From positions 2,240,001 through 2,304,000 of the forward strand of contig CBDBZU010000004.1 in the NCBI GenBank assembly GCA_965213625.1: a DNA stretch of 64,000 bases, read 5' to 3'. Under the pieces are notes generated by a model. That model made no database searches. It was not told the origin of the DNA and saw nothing but the letters and a program-made list of their open reading frames with translations. Positions 20,514-30,662 of the stretch are shown here, in pieces. The stretch comes from a bacterium (lineage in GTDB: Bacteria > UBA8248). Position numbers and translations under genes: made by a program. Every line of letters begins with the position of its first letter. Position 1 is the stretch's first letter.

Positions 20514-21947
20514 ATGCCCCAAAATATCCTCGCCCCTCCCGTTCTGGAAGATTCGCTTGCGCCCGTAGAGACGCTGAGGCGCGTAGAGGTTTTTTTAAGC
20601 GCCCTGGCCGCACTGCCCAAAAAATCCTGGCGCACGCGGATTGACCCTCGCGGCATCAAGGTGGAAGGGCCGGGACTCACCAGGGCCGCACGATTATACG
20701 AAATCCTCGAAGTTCCCGGTGCGTGGCAGTCTGTGATTCACGTCGTAGGAACGAGCGGCAAAGGCTCCACTGCGCTGATGATAGCGCAGTCCCTCCTGGC
20801 GTCGGGCAAGAGAACGGCGGCTTTTTTCTCACCCCACCTCACCTCGATAGTCGAGCGTTTCTGGATTCGGGGTCGCTTCGCAGAAGCAGGCCTCATCGGA
20901 CGATGCGCGAAAGAACTCGCCGACGCGGTTGCCCGGATGGCGGGAGAACCCGAATACGGGCCGCCATCGTTTTTTGAGTCGACTCTCGCGCTTTTGCTCT
21001 TGATGGCCAGGGAGGAAGATTGTGAATACCTCGTTCTGGAAGCGGGGCTGGGCGGCGCGTTTGACGCCACGAACGCCGTGGGACCCGCCGTCCTCGACGT
21101 AATTACCTCTATCGGTCTGGACCACACTGATTTGCTCGGTGATTCCATCGCGCAGATCGCACGGGACAAGGCCGGCATCATCACGGAAAAAGGCCGCGTC
21201 ATATCACAAAGTCTGCTTCCTGACGCGCGCGCCGAAATTGAACGAGTCGCCCATGAGCGAGAGGCCGGTTTGTTTCCTCCGCCCTGCGTGGAGAATCTGG
21301 ATCTGCGCTCCGGCGGCGTTTCTTTCGATCTTGCATTCGATGACGACATCCGGTGGGGGGATTTTTCGACTCCCATGCCCGGCGCGCACCAGGCCGTAAA
21401 CGCGAGCCTCGCCGCAGAGGCGGGCCGACTCCTGGGGTTGGGAGAACAGGAGGTGCGTTGGGGCGTCACATCCACACGCCTGCCTTGCCGTATGGAAGTG
21501 GTGCAGTGCGGCCCGCAGGTCCTGCTCGATGGCGCGCACAACCGCGACAAGGCGCAAGCGCTGGTAGAGGGCGTCTCGAGCCGGGAGTTCGAGCGACTCA
21601 TCTTTGTTCTTGGAGCGGTGAACGACAAGGATTTCGCGGGAATGGCGGAGGTGTTCGCTCCTGTGGGCGACAGGTATTTCGTCACGCTTCCACCCGCGAG
21701 CGCGCCCAGACCGGGCCTCGCGCCGGATGTTTTCGCACAAGCGCTCAAAGAAGCGGGGGCTGCAGGCGTGGAGACGCGAATCGACGCATGGGGAGCGCTC
21801 GACGAAGCGCTCGATGAGGCAGGGGAGGAAGACCTCATCGTCATCACGGGGTCGATGTTCATTGCGGGAGAACTCAGGCGCCGCTGGGTGAGCGAGGAGC
21901 GAATCGTGGAGAGCGGCAGCGCGTTTCCGCCGGAGGCGCGCCAGTGA
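20514..21947 (+). CDS. folC: Folylpolyglutamate synthase / dihydrofolate synthase
   Basis: HVVGTSGKGST, SPHL, EAGLGG..DATN, DGAHN; adjacent to folP. Confidence 0.88.
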   Translation: MPQNILAPPVLEDSLAPVETLRRVEVFLSALAALPKKSWRTRIDPRGIKVEGPGLTRAARLYEILEVPGAWQSVIHVVGTSGKGSTALMIAQSLLASGKRTAAFFSPHLTSIVERFWIRGRFAEAGLIGRCAKELADAVARMAGEPEYGPPSFFESTLALLLLMAREEDCEYLVLEAGLGGAFDATNAVGPAVLDVITSIGLDHTDLLGDSIAQIARDKAGIITEKGRVISQSLLPDARAEIERVAHEREAGLFPPPCVENLDLRSGGVSFDLAFDDDIRWGDFSTPMPGAHQAVNASLAAEAGRLLGLGEQEVRWGVTSTRLPCRMEVVQCGPQVLLDGAHNRDKAQALVEGVSSREFERLIFVLGAVNDKDFAGMAEVFAPVGDRYFVTLPPASAPRPGLAPDVFAQALKEAGAAGVETRIDAWGALDEALDEAGEEDLIVITGSMFIAGELRRRWVSEERIVESGSAFPPEARQ

Positions 21948-22825
21948 TGGAGGGCCTGCGCTTCTCATCTGCGGAGTGGACACCTGCGCCCGCCGTGAAA
22001 TGTCGCGGGCGCGTGCTCGGTTTCGAGCAAGTGCGCATTATGGGTGTCTTGAACGCAACGCCGGACAGCTTTTCCGACGGCGGAGATTTTTTCGACCTTG
22101 ATGCGGCGCTAGAACAGATCGCGCGAATGACGGAAGAGGGCGCCGACGTCATCGACATCGGCGGCGAAAGCACCCGGCCCGGATCGAGCGGTGTGGACGA
22201 GGAAGAGGAAATCCGGCGGATACTCCCGATCTTGGAGCATATGGATATGGATGGGGGCCCCCTCGTCTCGGTCGATACCTCAAAGGCCGGCGTGGCGCGG
22301 GCGGCGCTCGAGGCGGGCGTTCACGTCATTAACGACGTCACGGGTCTTCGCGATCCCGAGATGCGCGCGGTCATAGCCGAATCAGGCGCCGCGGCCATCG
22401 CCATGCATATGAAGGGCGAGCCGCGCACGATGCAGGCAAACCCCGAATACAAGGATCTCCTGGGCGAGTTGTCGGAATATCTTCGTGAAAGCGCGCGGCT
22501 GGCCGAGTTGGACGGGGTCGTGTCCGTTCTGGTCGACCCGGGCGTCGGTTTTGGGAAATCGTGGGATCATAACCTCGAGATATTGAGAGAGATGGGTGTG
22601 CTGAGAGATTTGGGCTATCCCCTGGTCGTCGGTGTTTCGAGAAAGGGTTTTATCGGGGAGATCACGGGTGTCGAGGCTGCGGGAGAGCGGATAATCGGCT
22701 CGAAGGTCGCCGAGGCTTTCGCCGTTATCGGCGGAGCGGACATGATCCGTACCCACGACGTGGGGGCGGCCGTCGAGGCGGTGCGCATGGGCGAGGCCAT
22801 TTGCAGGGGAAGCGTTCGCACTTGA
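21944..22825 (+). CDS. folP: Dihydropteroate synthase
   Basis: MGVLNATPDSFSDGG, GGESTRPG, DPGVGFGK, SRK, RTHDV. Confidence 0.96.
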   Translation: MMEGLRFSSAEWTPAPAVKCRGRVLGFEQVRIMGVLNATPDSFSDGGDFFDLDAALEQIARMTEEGADVIDIGGESTRPGSSGVDEEEEIRRILPILEHMDMDGGPLVSVDTSKAGVARAALEAGVHVINDVTGLRDPEMRAVIAESGAAAIAMHMKGEPRTMQANPEYKDLLGELSEYLRESARLAELDGVVSVLVDPGVGFGKSWDHNLEILREMGVLRDLGYPLVVGVSRKGFIGEITGVEAAGERIIGSKVAEAFAVIGGADMIRTHDVGAAVEAVRMGEAICRGSVRT

Positions 22826-22929
22826 GAATGTTTCATCCAGCCAACCTGCGCCAGGATTGAACAAACGGATTATATGATTCGTCCGAATCTTGTTTTTTTA
22901 TTATTTCGTTATAAAGGAAGACCGGTGTC

Positions 22930-23790
22930 TTGATTGAATATATCTTCGAGTTCTGGTGGATGCTGCCTGTCGCTTTTTGCGTGTGCCTCACGGCGACGAG
23001 TACGAGCGTGGAGGGCGCGGTTTTCTTCGCGCCCATTTTCATCCTTCTTTTCCCCTGGGCGGCGGGTGTGACCATCGTCCCCCTGGAGGCCGTTTTTCTC
23101 GCGCTTTCCATCGAGATTTTCGGGTTCGGCAGCGCGCTCACCGGCTATATGAGAAGAAGACTGGTGGATTACGAGATCGCCAAGAAGGTGCTCGTCGTAT
23201 CCATCCCCGTGGGCATGGCGTTCGGTTTCCTGGCCCATTCGGTGCCCGCCAGACTCATCCTGGGCCTTCTGGGCGGGATGATGGTGCTTCTTTCGGTCGC
23301 CATGCTCTACGCTTTCCTGCAAGGCGGAATCCAAGAGGCGGAACAGGCCGAGGGAGCCGGTAAACCCACCCGCACGGATGCGGCGGGCAGGAGGTACTGG
23401 TATCGCTACGAGCACGGGGCTTTCGGCCACAGTTGGTCGGCGCTCGGAGGTGTTCTCGTGGGTTTTACGGGCATCGGCATCGGGGAGCTCACGACCACCG
23501 CCTTGATAGTCAAGGACAAGCTGCCCGTTCGCGTGGCGGTGGGCACGGGAATCCTGATCGTCTTCGCGACGGTGCTGCCCGCCACCCTGGTGCATGCCTA
23601 CGTGTTTTCATCCGGCGAGGTGAACGTGCACTGGAACATCCTGTTCATGACGATCCCCGCGGTCGCCTGCGGCGGTCAGATATCGCCCTTCATCAACAAC
23701 CGCGTCGATGGCGAAAAGATGAAGGTGTTTCTCTCCTTCGTCTTCATATTCGTGGGCGTATTGCTTCTCTGGCGCTCCCTGGGCGGCTAG
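22930..23790 (+). CDS. TSUP (TauE/SafE family) membrane transporter
   Basis: About 8 hydrophobic segments in two halves, GIGIGE glycine motif. Confidence 0.75.
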   Translation: MIEYIFEFWWMLPVAFCVCLTATSTSVEGAVFFAPIFILLFPWAAGVTIVPLEAVFLALSIEIFGFGSALTGYMRRRLVDYEIAKKVLVVSIPVGMAFGFLAHSVPARLILGLLGGMMVLLSVAMLYAFLQGGIQEAEQAEGAGKPTRTDAAGRRYWYRYEHGAFGHSWSALGGVLVGFTGIGIGELTTTALIVKDKLPVRVAVGTGILIVFATVLPATLVHAYVFSSGEVNVHWNILFMTIPAVACGGQISPFINNRVDGEKMKVFLSFVFIFVGVLLLWRSLGG

Positions 23791-23800
23791 GCGCGACCTC

Positions 23801-24799
23801 TTGGTTGAGCACAACCAACCCATCGTCGTCGTAGGCCCCGGCGCCGTCGGCTCCATACTTGCAGCGCAACTGCAGAAAAACCTCCCCGAGCGCAAAGTGT
23901 ATCTGGCGGGTTCGGCTCACCCGAGCCCGGAGACGTCCGCGCATCTGGCTGAAATAGAAAAGAACGGCGTCAAGGTCCACGGCGAGTCGGCCTGTGCCGC
24001 GCGACCCCTGGTGTGCAGGGGAGCGGTGGATATCACGGCCTCTTATCTTTTTTTCACCGTGAAGGCGGGGCGAGTCGAAGCGGCGTCGGCGGCGTTTTCA
24101 AACATGGCGGGCGAGGGGACAGTCACGGCCGTATTTTCGAACGGGCTGGACGTTTGCAAGGATCTCCCGCCCTCTTATCGGGAACGCGGGGTCGTGCGGG
24201 GCCTCATCAACACGGGGGCGGAGATCACGCAGCCGGGGCACGTGAACCAGTTCGGCGCGCTGGACGTCACCCTCGCCCCTGAGCCGGGAGCCGCGGGTGA
24301 CGCAGCGCACGTGAGGCGATTGGCGGAATTCCTGGAACCTCTCGGAATACGCGTCCGCCAGAAACGCGACGGAAAAGAGGCGGAGTGGATAAAGGCGGTG
24401 GCCAACGCTGTCATCAACCCGCTGGGGGCCGCGCTTGAGCTCAGAAACGGCGAGTTGCTGGAAACGCCATCCGCCGCAGTGCTCGTAGACGCCCTGGCGA
24501 AGGAGTTGCAGGCGCTCATCGACGCAGAAGGCATGACGCTCGACGCTCTTGCGATCGTCCGCGAAACAGCCCGCGCAACGGCGGGCAACAGAAATTCCAT
24601 GTGGCAGGACTTGATGCGGGGCCGCCGAAGCGAGATCCGCGAAGTGACGGGACGCTTTATCGAGCGCGCGGATGCGCTCGGGGTCTTGTTTTCCGCCCAT
24701 AAATCGCTGTATTATCGGGTATTATCTCTAGAAAAAGATTCTTCCTCCCGTGATGCGCATGGCGATGAGCGCCTTGACATCGAAGGAGGAAATTCATAA
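23801..24799 (+). CDS. panE: 2-dehydropantoate 2-reductase
   Basis: GPGAVG Rossmann motif, TVKA, W.K..N..IN, SMWQD...SE; adjacent to panB. Confidence 0.85.
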   Translation: MVEHNQPIVVVGPGAVGSILAAQLQKNLPERKVYLAGSAHPSPETSAHLAEIEKNGVKVHGESACAARPLVCRGAVDITASYLFFTVKAGRVEAASAAFSNMAGEGTVTAVFSNGLDVCKDLPPSYRERGVVRGLINTGAEITQPGHVNQFGALDVTLAPEPGAAGDAAHVRRLAEFLEPLGIRVRQKRDGKEAEWIKAVANAVINPLGAALELRNGELLETPSAAVLVDALAKELQALIDAEGMTLDALAIVRETARATAGNRNSMWQDLMRGRRSEIREVTGRFIERADALGVLFSAHKSLYYRVLSLEKDSSSRDAHGDERLDIEGGNS

Positions 24800-24904
24800 T
24801 CATTACAAGCTGTGCCGGGAGCCGCTGGCCCTGGACACATTGACGTGAAAGCAAAGTATCTCATTCAGCCCTGCAACAGGCGTTCACCCAGAGAGGGAGC
24901 GACC

Positions 24905-25777
24905 ATGAGCACAAAAAGCCTCGCCAAGCTGTATTCCAACGGTAAAAATTCCACCAACGGTAACGGCGCGCACAAGAAAACGCGCAGAAAAGTCACCACC
25001 GCCACCATTCGGGCGCGCAAGGGCGGGAAGAAAATCACCTCCGTCACCGCGTACGACTACCCCACGGCGAAACTCGTGGATGGCGCCGACGTGGACGTCA
25101 TTCTGGTCGGCGACAGCCTGGGGATGGTGGTTCTGGGGTATCCCGACACGACCAAGGTGACTCTGGGCGATATGGTGCACCACACCCGGGCCGTGAGCCG
25201 CGCGAATCCCAAGGCGCTGCTCGTGGCCGACCTGCCGTTTCTGAGCTTTGGGGTCAGCGTGCGCGACACCATTCTGAACGCGGGCCGCCTCATCCAGGAG
25301 GGCTGTGCCGAGGCGGTGAAGCTCGAGGGCGGCGTACGCGTGAAAGACGAGATACGCGCGGTGGTGGACAGCCAGATTCCCGTGATGGGGCACGTGGGCC
25401 TCACCCCCCAGAGCGTCCATGCGTTCGGCGGCTTCAAGGTGCAGGGAAAGACCGACGAAGGGGCGGATCAGGTGCTGCGCGACGCGGTGGCCGTGCAGGA
25501 GGGCGGCGCATTCTCCATCGTGCTAGAGGGCATTCCGTCGGCCCTGGGCGCCCGCGTGACGCGAGAAGTCGATATTCCCACCATCGGCATCGGGGCAGGC
25601 CCCGATTGCGACGGCCAGGTGCTCGTCACCCACGACATGCTTCGTTTGTTCAGCGATTTCACGCCGAAATTCGTGCGCGTGTATGCCGATGTCGGAGAAA
25701 TGACCACCGAAGCGGTAGAACGCTACTGCCAGGAGGTGAGAGAAGGCGCGTTTCCTGCGGAGGAGCATTGTTTCTGA
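24905..25777 (+). CDS. panB: 3-methyl-2-oxobutanoate hydroxymethyltransferase
   Basis: TAYD, LVGDSLGM, VKLEGG, GHVGLTPQ, GIGAG..DGQVLV. Confidence 0.97.
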   Translation: MSTKSLAKLYSNGKNSTNGNGAHKKTRRKVTTATIRARKGGKKITSVTAYDYPTAKLVDGADVDVILVGDSLGMVVLGYPDTTKVTLGDMVHHTRAVSRANPKALLVADLPFLSFGVSVRDTILNAGRLIQEGCAEAVKLEGGVRVKDEIRAVVDSQIPVMGHVGLTPQSVHAFGGFKVQGKTDEGADQVLRDAVAVQEGGAFSIVLEGIPSALGARVTREVDIPTIGIGAGPDCDGQVLVTHDMLRLFSDFTPKFVRVYADVGEMTTEAVERYCQEVREGAFPAEEHCF

Positions 25778-25917
25778 TATTCCTCATCCCGGCCTGGCCT
25801 CGGGGTTTGTTCAGAAGGTGGATTCTTCTTAGAGGAAATTCACGCCTCTCTTTTTTTTATCAGTAGAGTCCCGGACATGATTCCCAAGCGCATCTGAACG
25901 CATGGCGGGGGGTATCC

Positions 25918-26634
25918 ATGACAGCGCTGGCGCAGGCCGTAAGGTTCTTGACGGTTTTGCCATGGCCGGGTGCGCCTCGGGAACATGAGCCTGTCGACAT
26001 GGCGCGCGCGCTCGTGCGCTTCCCTTTCGTTGGCCTGCTGATCGGAGTGGTCCTCTTCGTTTTGGACTGGGCGCTTGCAAGTGTCTTTTCCGTTTCGGTG
26101 CGAAGCGTCCTGCTCATTTTCACACTCATTGTTTTGACCCGAGGAAATTCCCTGAGCGGATTGTCGGATTTCGCGGCAGCGCTTGGGTCTGGAAATCACG
26201 CAAAAGAAGGGTCCCCGGTATCGATGGGCTTCCTGCTCATCCTCGGCGCGCTCCTGCTCAAAATTGTCGCCCTAAGTGAATTGCAGGGAAAAGAGCGCTA
26301 CCTTGCGCTCCTGGTCTCGCCCATCCTCGCCCGCGCGGCGATGGCCAACCTCATCGCGTCGTCTCCGGCCGCGCAGGAAGTGGGGGAGGCGAATAGCCTG
26401 GGAATCACTCGGCCGTCAAGCCCGCGAGAAGGATATATTGCGCTGGGCTGGTCATTTCTGCTCTGCTTTCTCCTGGCATGGTTCTGGGGACTATTCCTGG
26501 CTATCGTGGCCGTGGGTGTTACATGGGGTCTCAAGCGCCTCCTCGGTAAACCAGACAAGAAGCCAAGGGATGCGCCCGGCGCCGCGAGTGAAATCGTCGA
26601 GACCATGACTCTTGTTCTTTTTTCTTCATGGTAA
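25918..26634 (+). CDS. CobS-like membrane protein with degenerate catalytic motifs
   Basis: AVRFLTVLP start, FPFVGLLIG and the TM pattern of CobS; His/Asp motif replaced. Confidence 0.7.
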   Translation: MTALAQAVRFLTVLPWPGAPREHEPVDMARALVRFPFVGLLIGVVLFVLDWALASVFSVSVRSVLLIFTLIVLTRGNSLSGLSDFAAALGSGNHAKEGSPVSMGFLLILGALLLKIVALSELQGKERYLALLVSPILARAAMANLIASSPAAQEVGEANSLGITRPSSPREGYIALGWSFLLCFLLAWFWGLFLAIVAVGVTWGLKRLLGKPDKKPRDAPGAASEIVETMTLVLFSSW

Positions 26635-26847
26635 AAGATTTTTTCCTGTTTTTCCCATCCTGGTTATAGCACTCTCCCACATTTCCCCACTATGATTTTT
26701 ATTAAAGTTTAACTTCAGTGTATTAAAAAGAATTATTAAGGTAATACTTTAAATTATTTGTCCAGATAAGATGATAATTATATGATATATTTACTGGTTT
26801 ATATTTACAGAAACCATTGTTTTTTATTACTTTTTTAAATTTTCGTG

Positions 26848-26876
26848 TTGACAGAGATTCTATCCGGGGGTATATA
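26848..26876 (+). promoter_or_regulatory. Putative sigma70 promoter of the dcw cluster
   Basis: TTGACA-17 bp-TATATA downstream of an AT-rich tract. Confidence 0.7.
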
Positions 26877-26887
26877 TGTAAATTCAG

Positions 26888-26912
26888 GTGGGAGAATATG
26901 GGGTAAAGTGGG
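26888..26912 (+). promoter_or_regulatory. MraZ-binding direct repeats
   Basis: GTGGG, ATGGG, GTGGG at 10-bp period just upstream of mraZ. Confidence 0.8.
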
Positions 26913-26925
26913 AGGTGCAGGCAGG

Positions 26926-27375
26926 ATGCTCATCAGTTCCCATGCGGTCTCTGTGGATGCGAAGGGTCGGGTCAGTATTCCGGCGCGGTTCAGGGAATAT
27001 CTGAGCGCCAAATACGGCGACCAGGTCGTTCTTCTCGGCAAGGACGGCTGCATATTCGCGTATCCCGTGGAGGAGTGGAAGCGCAGGTTCAGCGAGAAGC
27101 TCAGTGAGCTTTCCACCTCCACCAAAGAGGTTCGCCGCACTCTACGCAGGCTCTATGGCCGCGCCGAATCATGTGAGTTCGACCGGCAAGGCAGGATCCT
27201 ACTGCCCTCCAAACTGCGAACAAGTTCTTCCATCGAGAAAGAAGCCGTTATCGTTGGCATCGAGAACAAGCTCGAGATTTGGGACAAGGGAAGATGGGAT
27301 CAGGAAATGGGTGATGTGGACGATGGGGCCGCTGATGAACTTCCAGATGAGGATTTGATCGAATTCGAATTCTGA
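26926..27375 (+). CDS. mraZ: Transcriptional regulator MraZ
   Basis: DAKGRVSIP and DRQGRILLP repeats, LEIWD. Confidence 0.95.
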   Translation: MLISSHAVSVDAKGRVSIPARFREYLSAKYGDQVVLLGKDGCIFAYPVEEWKRRFSEKLSELSTSTKEVRRTLRRLYGRAESCEFDRQGRILLPSKLRTSSSIEKEAVIVGIENKLEIWDKGRWDQEMGDVDDGAADELPDEDLIEFEF

Positions 27376-27399
27376 TGCGGGCTCAAAGGGGGAGCGAGG

Positions 27400-28404
27400 G
27401 TGTTTGCCGCACTGGAAAAACCAATTTCAAGCGAATATGCCGCAAAGGAATATTTTTGCGGTGAGAATATGGAAATGACGGCATCTCACGTCCCGGTCAT
27501 GGTTCAGGAGGTCTTGCGCTTCCTGGCGCCATCTCCGGGCGCTGTGTTCTTGGATACTACCTTGGGCGGAGGGGAACATGGCGACGCGGTTTTGGATGCG
27601 GTTCAGCCATCGGGTGTGCTGATCGGCTGTGACCGGGACCGGGATGCTGTCGAAATCTGCAGGAAGCGGTTGGCGAAACACGGGCCCGCCGCCAGAATTC
27701 ATCATGCGCATCATGGCGAAATGAAGCGCATCGTGAGGGCTGAGGGGTATGAGTCGGTCGACGGCGTATTGTTCGACCTCGGCCTTTCCTCGATGCAGCT
27801 CGACACGCCCGGCCGCGGGTTCCGCATGAACGCGCCCGAGCCGCTGGACATGCGAATGGACCAGACGCAGGGGCCGACCGCGGCGGATTTGGTCAATCAA
27901 TTGCCGGAAGAAGAACTCGCCAATCTCATCTATCGATATGGGGAAGAACGCCACTCCCGCGCCATCGCGCGCGCCATCGGACGGGCGCGCGCGGGTGCGG
28001 GTGGAGGCGTGAGACATTGCGATGAACTCGCATCGATCATCGCCTCTGTAGCCGCCAGGAGGAGCGGCCGCCGCGGGAGGAGTTGGCGCATTCATCCTGC
28101 CACCAGGACGTTCCAGGCGCTGCGCATCGCCGTGAACCGGGAGATGGAGACGCTCGAGGAATCCTTGCGCGATGCGGTGGACCTCCTGCGTCCGGGCGGG
28201 CGCATCGTTGTCATCAGCTTCCATTCGCTCGAAGACAGAATCGTCAAGAATCTCTTTCGTGAACTCGCAGGCGGCGATGAGCCGACCCTCGAAATACTCA
28301 CGCGCAGAGTCGTACGGCCCGATGAGTCGGAAGTGAGAGAAAACCCGCGCAGCCGCAGCGCGAAACTTCGCGCCGCCGAGCGCCTCGGGGGTTCTGGAAG
28401 ATGA
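27400..28404 (+). CDS. rsmH: 16S rRNA m4C1402 methyltransferase
   Basis: HVPVM, DLGLSSMQLD, HPATRTFQALRI, FHSLEDR; start may be 27469 or 27475. Confidence 0.96.
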   Translation: MFAALEKPISSEYAAKEYFCGENMEMTASHVPVMVQEVLRFLAPSPGAVFLDTTLGGGEHGDAVLDAVQPSGVLIGCDRDRDAVEICRKRLAKHGPAARIHHAHHGEMKRIVRAEGYESVDGVLFDLGLSSMQLDTPGRGFRMNAPEPLDMRMDQTQGPTAADLVNQLPEEELANLIYRYGEERHSRAIARAIGRARAGAGGGVRHCDELASIIASVAARRSGRRGRSWRIHPATRTFQALRIAVNREMETLEESLRDAVDLLRPGGRIVVISFHSLEDRIVKNLFRELAGGDEPTLEILTRRVVRPDESEVRENPRSRSAKLRAAERLGGSGR

Positions 28405-28763
28405 GGCGCTCGAAAAACCGGAGCGGGTGGCGAGAGAGGTTAGGCGCGTTTTTTTCCGGCAAGGAATCCGTCGGCTCGAGCATTTCGCTGCTTAAAGCAG
28501 GTTTGTGCATTACTTTCATCGCATGCAGCGCCGCCGCTTTGGTGTGGCCGCATCTGGAAATGGTGAAGATCGGCTATCGCCTGGCGTATTTAGAAAACCA
28601 AAGAGATAAGCTCATGCAGGACAGGCGTGTCTTGCGTATAGAAGTGGCGGCGCTTCGTCAGTTGGATCGCATTGAGTCGATTGCGCGAAAAAAAATGGAA
28701 ATGGTTTTTCCAGATCCCGGGCAAATAGTGTATGTAAAAGTAGGGCCCGGAAGTGTAGAATAA
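28401..28763 (+). CDS. ftsL: Cell division protein FtsL
   Basis: Single TM plus coiled coil, RIESIAR..M; located between rsmH and ftsI. Confidence 0.8.
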   Translation: MRRSKNRSGWRERLGAFFSGKESVGSSISLLKAGLCITFIACSAAALVWPHLEMVKIGYRLAYLENQRDKLMQDRRVLRIEVAALRQLDRIESIARKKMEMVFPDPGQIVYVKVGPGSVE

Positions 28764-28800
28764 CCATCACTTCCTCCTCCCGCCCTTGGCAGGTTGGTCC

Positions 28801-30654
28801 ATGAAGCAGGGCTTCTCTCGTCGCTTGATGGTTTGCGGCTCCTTGGTGGTGTTTGGATTCTGCATGTTGGGCGTCAAGCTCTTCATCATCCAAATCCGCG
28901 ACCGTGACCACCTCGTGGCCTATGCGGAGCGCCAGTTGCGCCGCACGCTCGCGGTACGCCCCAGGCGCGGAGACGTCGTGGATGCGCGGGGACGGCCTCT
29001 GGCTGTGAGCATCAAAGCGCCTTCTCTTTTCGCCAACGCCAGGGTAGTGGCTGATCCCAGGAAAACTTCACTCGAGCTCAAAAAAATACTGGGCGGCTCG
29101 GCGAAAGAATATTTCGAAAAATTGAATGGCCGCCGCAGTTACGTGTGGCTCAAGCGGAAGATAAATCCCGATCAGCAGAGAAAAATCGAAAAATTGGGGA
29201 TAGACGGCCTGGGTTTCGTCACCGAGAGCAGGCGGTTCTATCCAAAGCGTGAACTCGCTTCGTCTCTGGTCGGCTTCGTCGGCGTGGATGACGCGGGCAT
29301 GTACGGTGTTGAGCAATCCTACCAGGAGCACATGGGGGGGCGAGTAGGGCGCATCCGTATCCAGCGCGACGCGAAGGGGAGGTCGGTTCATCCCGAATCC
29401 AGGGTACTCGTGCCCGCGCGTCCGGGCGCGGACGTTCGTCTCACCATCGATGAGGTGCTTCAGTATATCGTCGAAAAAGAGTTGAGCGCCCAGGTCCGCC
29501 GGGTGGGCGCGCGGCGCGCTATCGGGGTGATGGTCGAGCCTCAAAGTGGAAGGATTCTGGCTCTGGCGTCCGTGCCGGGCTTCAACCCCAACACGTATAA
29601 ACAATATGGCGCATCCCTTTGGAAAGAGCCCGCCATTCAGGAATTCTACGAGCCCGGCTCGACGTTCAAGTTCGTCACGGCGGCAGCCTATCTGGATGCA
29701 GGCGAATTGCTCTCGAAAAAGTATTTTGCCGAAAACGGCTCCTACAAGTTTGGAGGGGGGCGTTACACACTCCGCGATCACAAGAAATACGGCTGGCTCA
29801 CAGCCGAAGAGGTGATAACGAACTCATCGAACATCGGCGCCTTCAAGATGGCGCGTGATATCGGCAAGCACCAGCTCTATTTCATGGCGCACCGATTCGG
29901 TTTTGGACGCAAGACGAGTATCAGTTTCCCCGGAGAAGCCCGGGGTGTACTCCGTGCGCCGAAGAAATGGTCGAAAACCTCGTTGGCGGCGGTAGCTATC
30001 GGTCAGGAAGTAGGCGTCACCCCGCTTCAGATGGTGATGGCCGTGGCCGCGGTGGCGAACGGCGGCCTGATGCCCAGGCCCGTGCTGCACGATTCTATCG
30101 AACGCGACGGCAAGAGGACGCTCCCGGCCCAGGGGCCTGGGTTCAGGCGCGTTCTCTCGCGCCGTGTGGCAAAGCGTCTCGGTGCACTGATGAGAAAAGT
30201 TGTGGCCGAGGGTACGGGGAAGAAGGCCGAAATACCAGGCTATGGAGCGGCTGGGAAGACGGGCACGGCGCAGAAGGTTCTCCCGGGCCAAAGGGGTTAC
30301 AGCCGCTCGGATTTCATTATGTCGTTCGTGGGATTCGCTCCCTATGAGAATCCCCGCTTCGCCCTTATCGTCATCTTCGACGAGGGCAATGCGCCCGGAG
30401 GCGCATGGGGGGGGACGATTGCGGCGCCGGTTTGGCGGCGAATCGCCTGGCAGGCGCTGCGCTACATGCGTGTGCCTCCGAAGGGAGCCAGGGTGTTGCA
30501 GGTGGCGGACTCGCGCCCCCGGGTCCGTGTTCGCGCAAATGCGGAAAACGGAAATCGAACGATAGGCGAGAAGATTCTGGACGCAGCAAGAGATGTGCGC
30601 CGTTATCTGCATGGTGATCGAGCGCAGGCGGCTTCATGGGATGCGGTGCGTTGA
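28801..30654 (+). CDS. ftsI: Peptidoglycan D,D-transpeptidase FtsI
   Basis: RG..D..G, RFYP, EPGSTFK, SSN, KTGTAQ. Confidence 0.95.
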   Translation: MKQGFSRRLMVCGSLVVFGFCMLGVKLFIIQIRDRDHLVAYAERQLRRTLAVRPRRGDVVDARGRPLAVSIKAPSLFANARVVADPRKTSLELKKILGGSAKEYFEKLNGRRSYVWLKRKINPDQQRKIEKLGIDGLGFVTESRRFYPKRELASSLVGFVGVDDAGMYGVEQSYQEHMGGRVGRIRIQRDAKGRSVHPESRVLVPARPGADVRLTIDEVLQYIVEKELSAQVRRVGARRAIGVMVEPQSGRILALASVPGFNPNTYKQYGASLWKEPAIQEFYEPGSTFKFVTAAAYLDAGELLSKKYFAENGSYKFGGGRYTLRDHKKYGWLTAEEVITNSSNIGAFKMARDIGKHQLYFMAHRFGFGRKTSISFPGEARGVLRAPKKWSKTSLAAVAIGQEVGVTPLQMVMAVAAVANGGLMPRPVLHDSIERDGKRTLPAQGPGFRRVLSRRVAKRLGALMRKVVAEGTGKKAEIPGYGAAGKTGTAQKVLPGQRGYSRSDFIMSFVGFAPYENPRFALIVIFDEGNAPGGAWGGTIAAPVWRRIAWQALRYMRVPPKGARVLQVADSRPRVRVRANAENGNRTIGEKILDAARDVRRYLHGDRAQAASWDAVR

Positions 30655-30662
30655 ACGGAGCA

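Noticed and set aside
24800-25917. pan RNA motif before panB, or cobalamin riboswitch before the cobS-like gene
   Set aside because: Could not identify the consensus elements by eye; an Infernal scan would be needed
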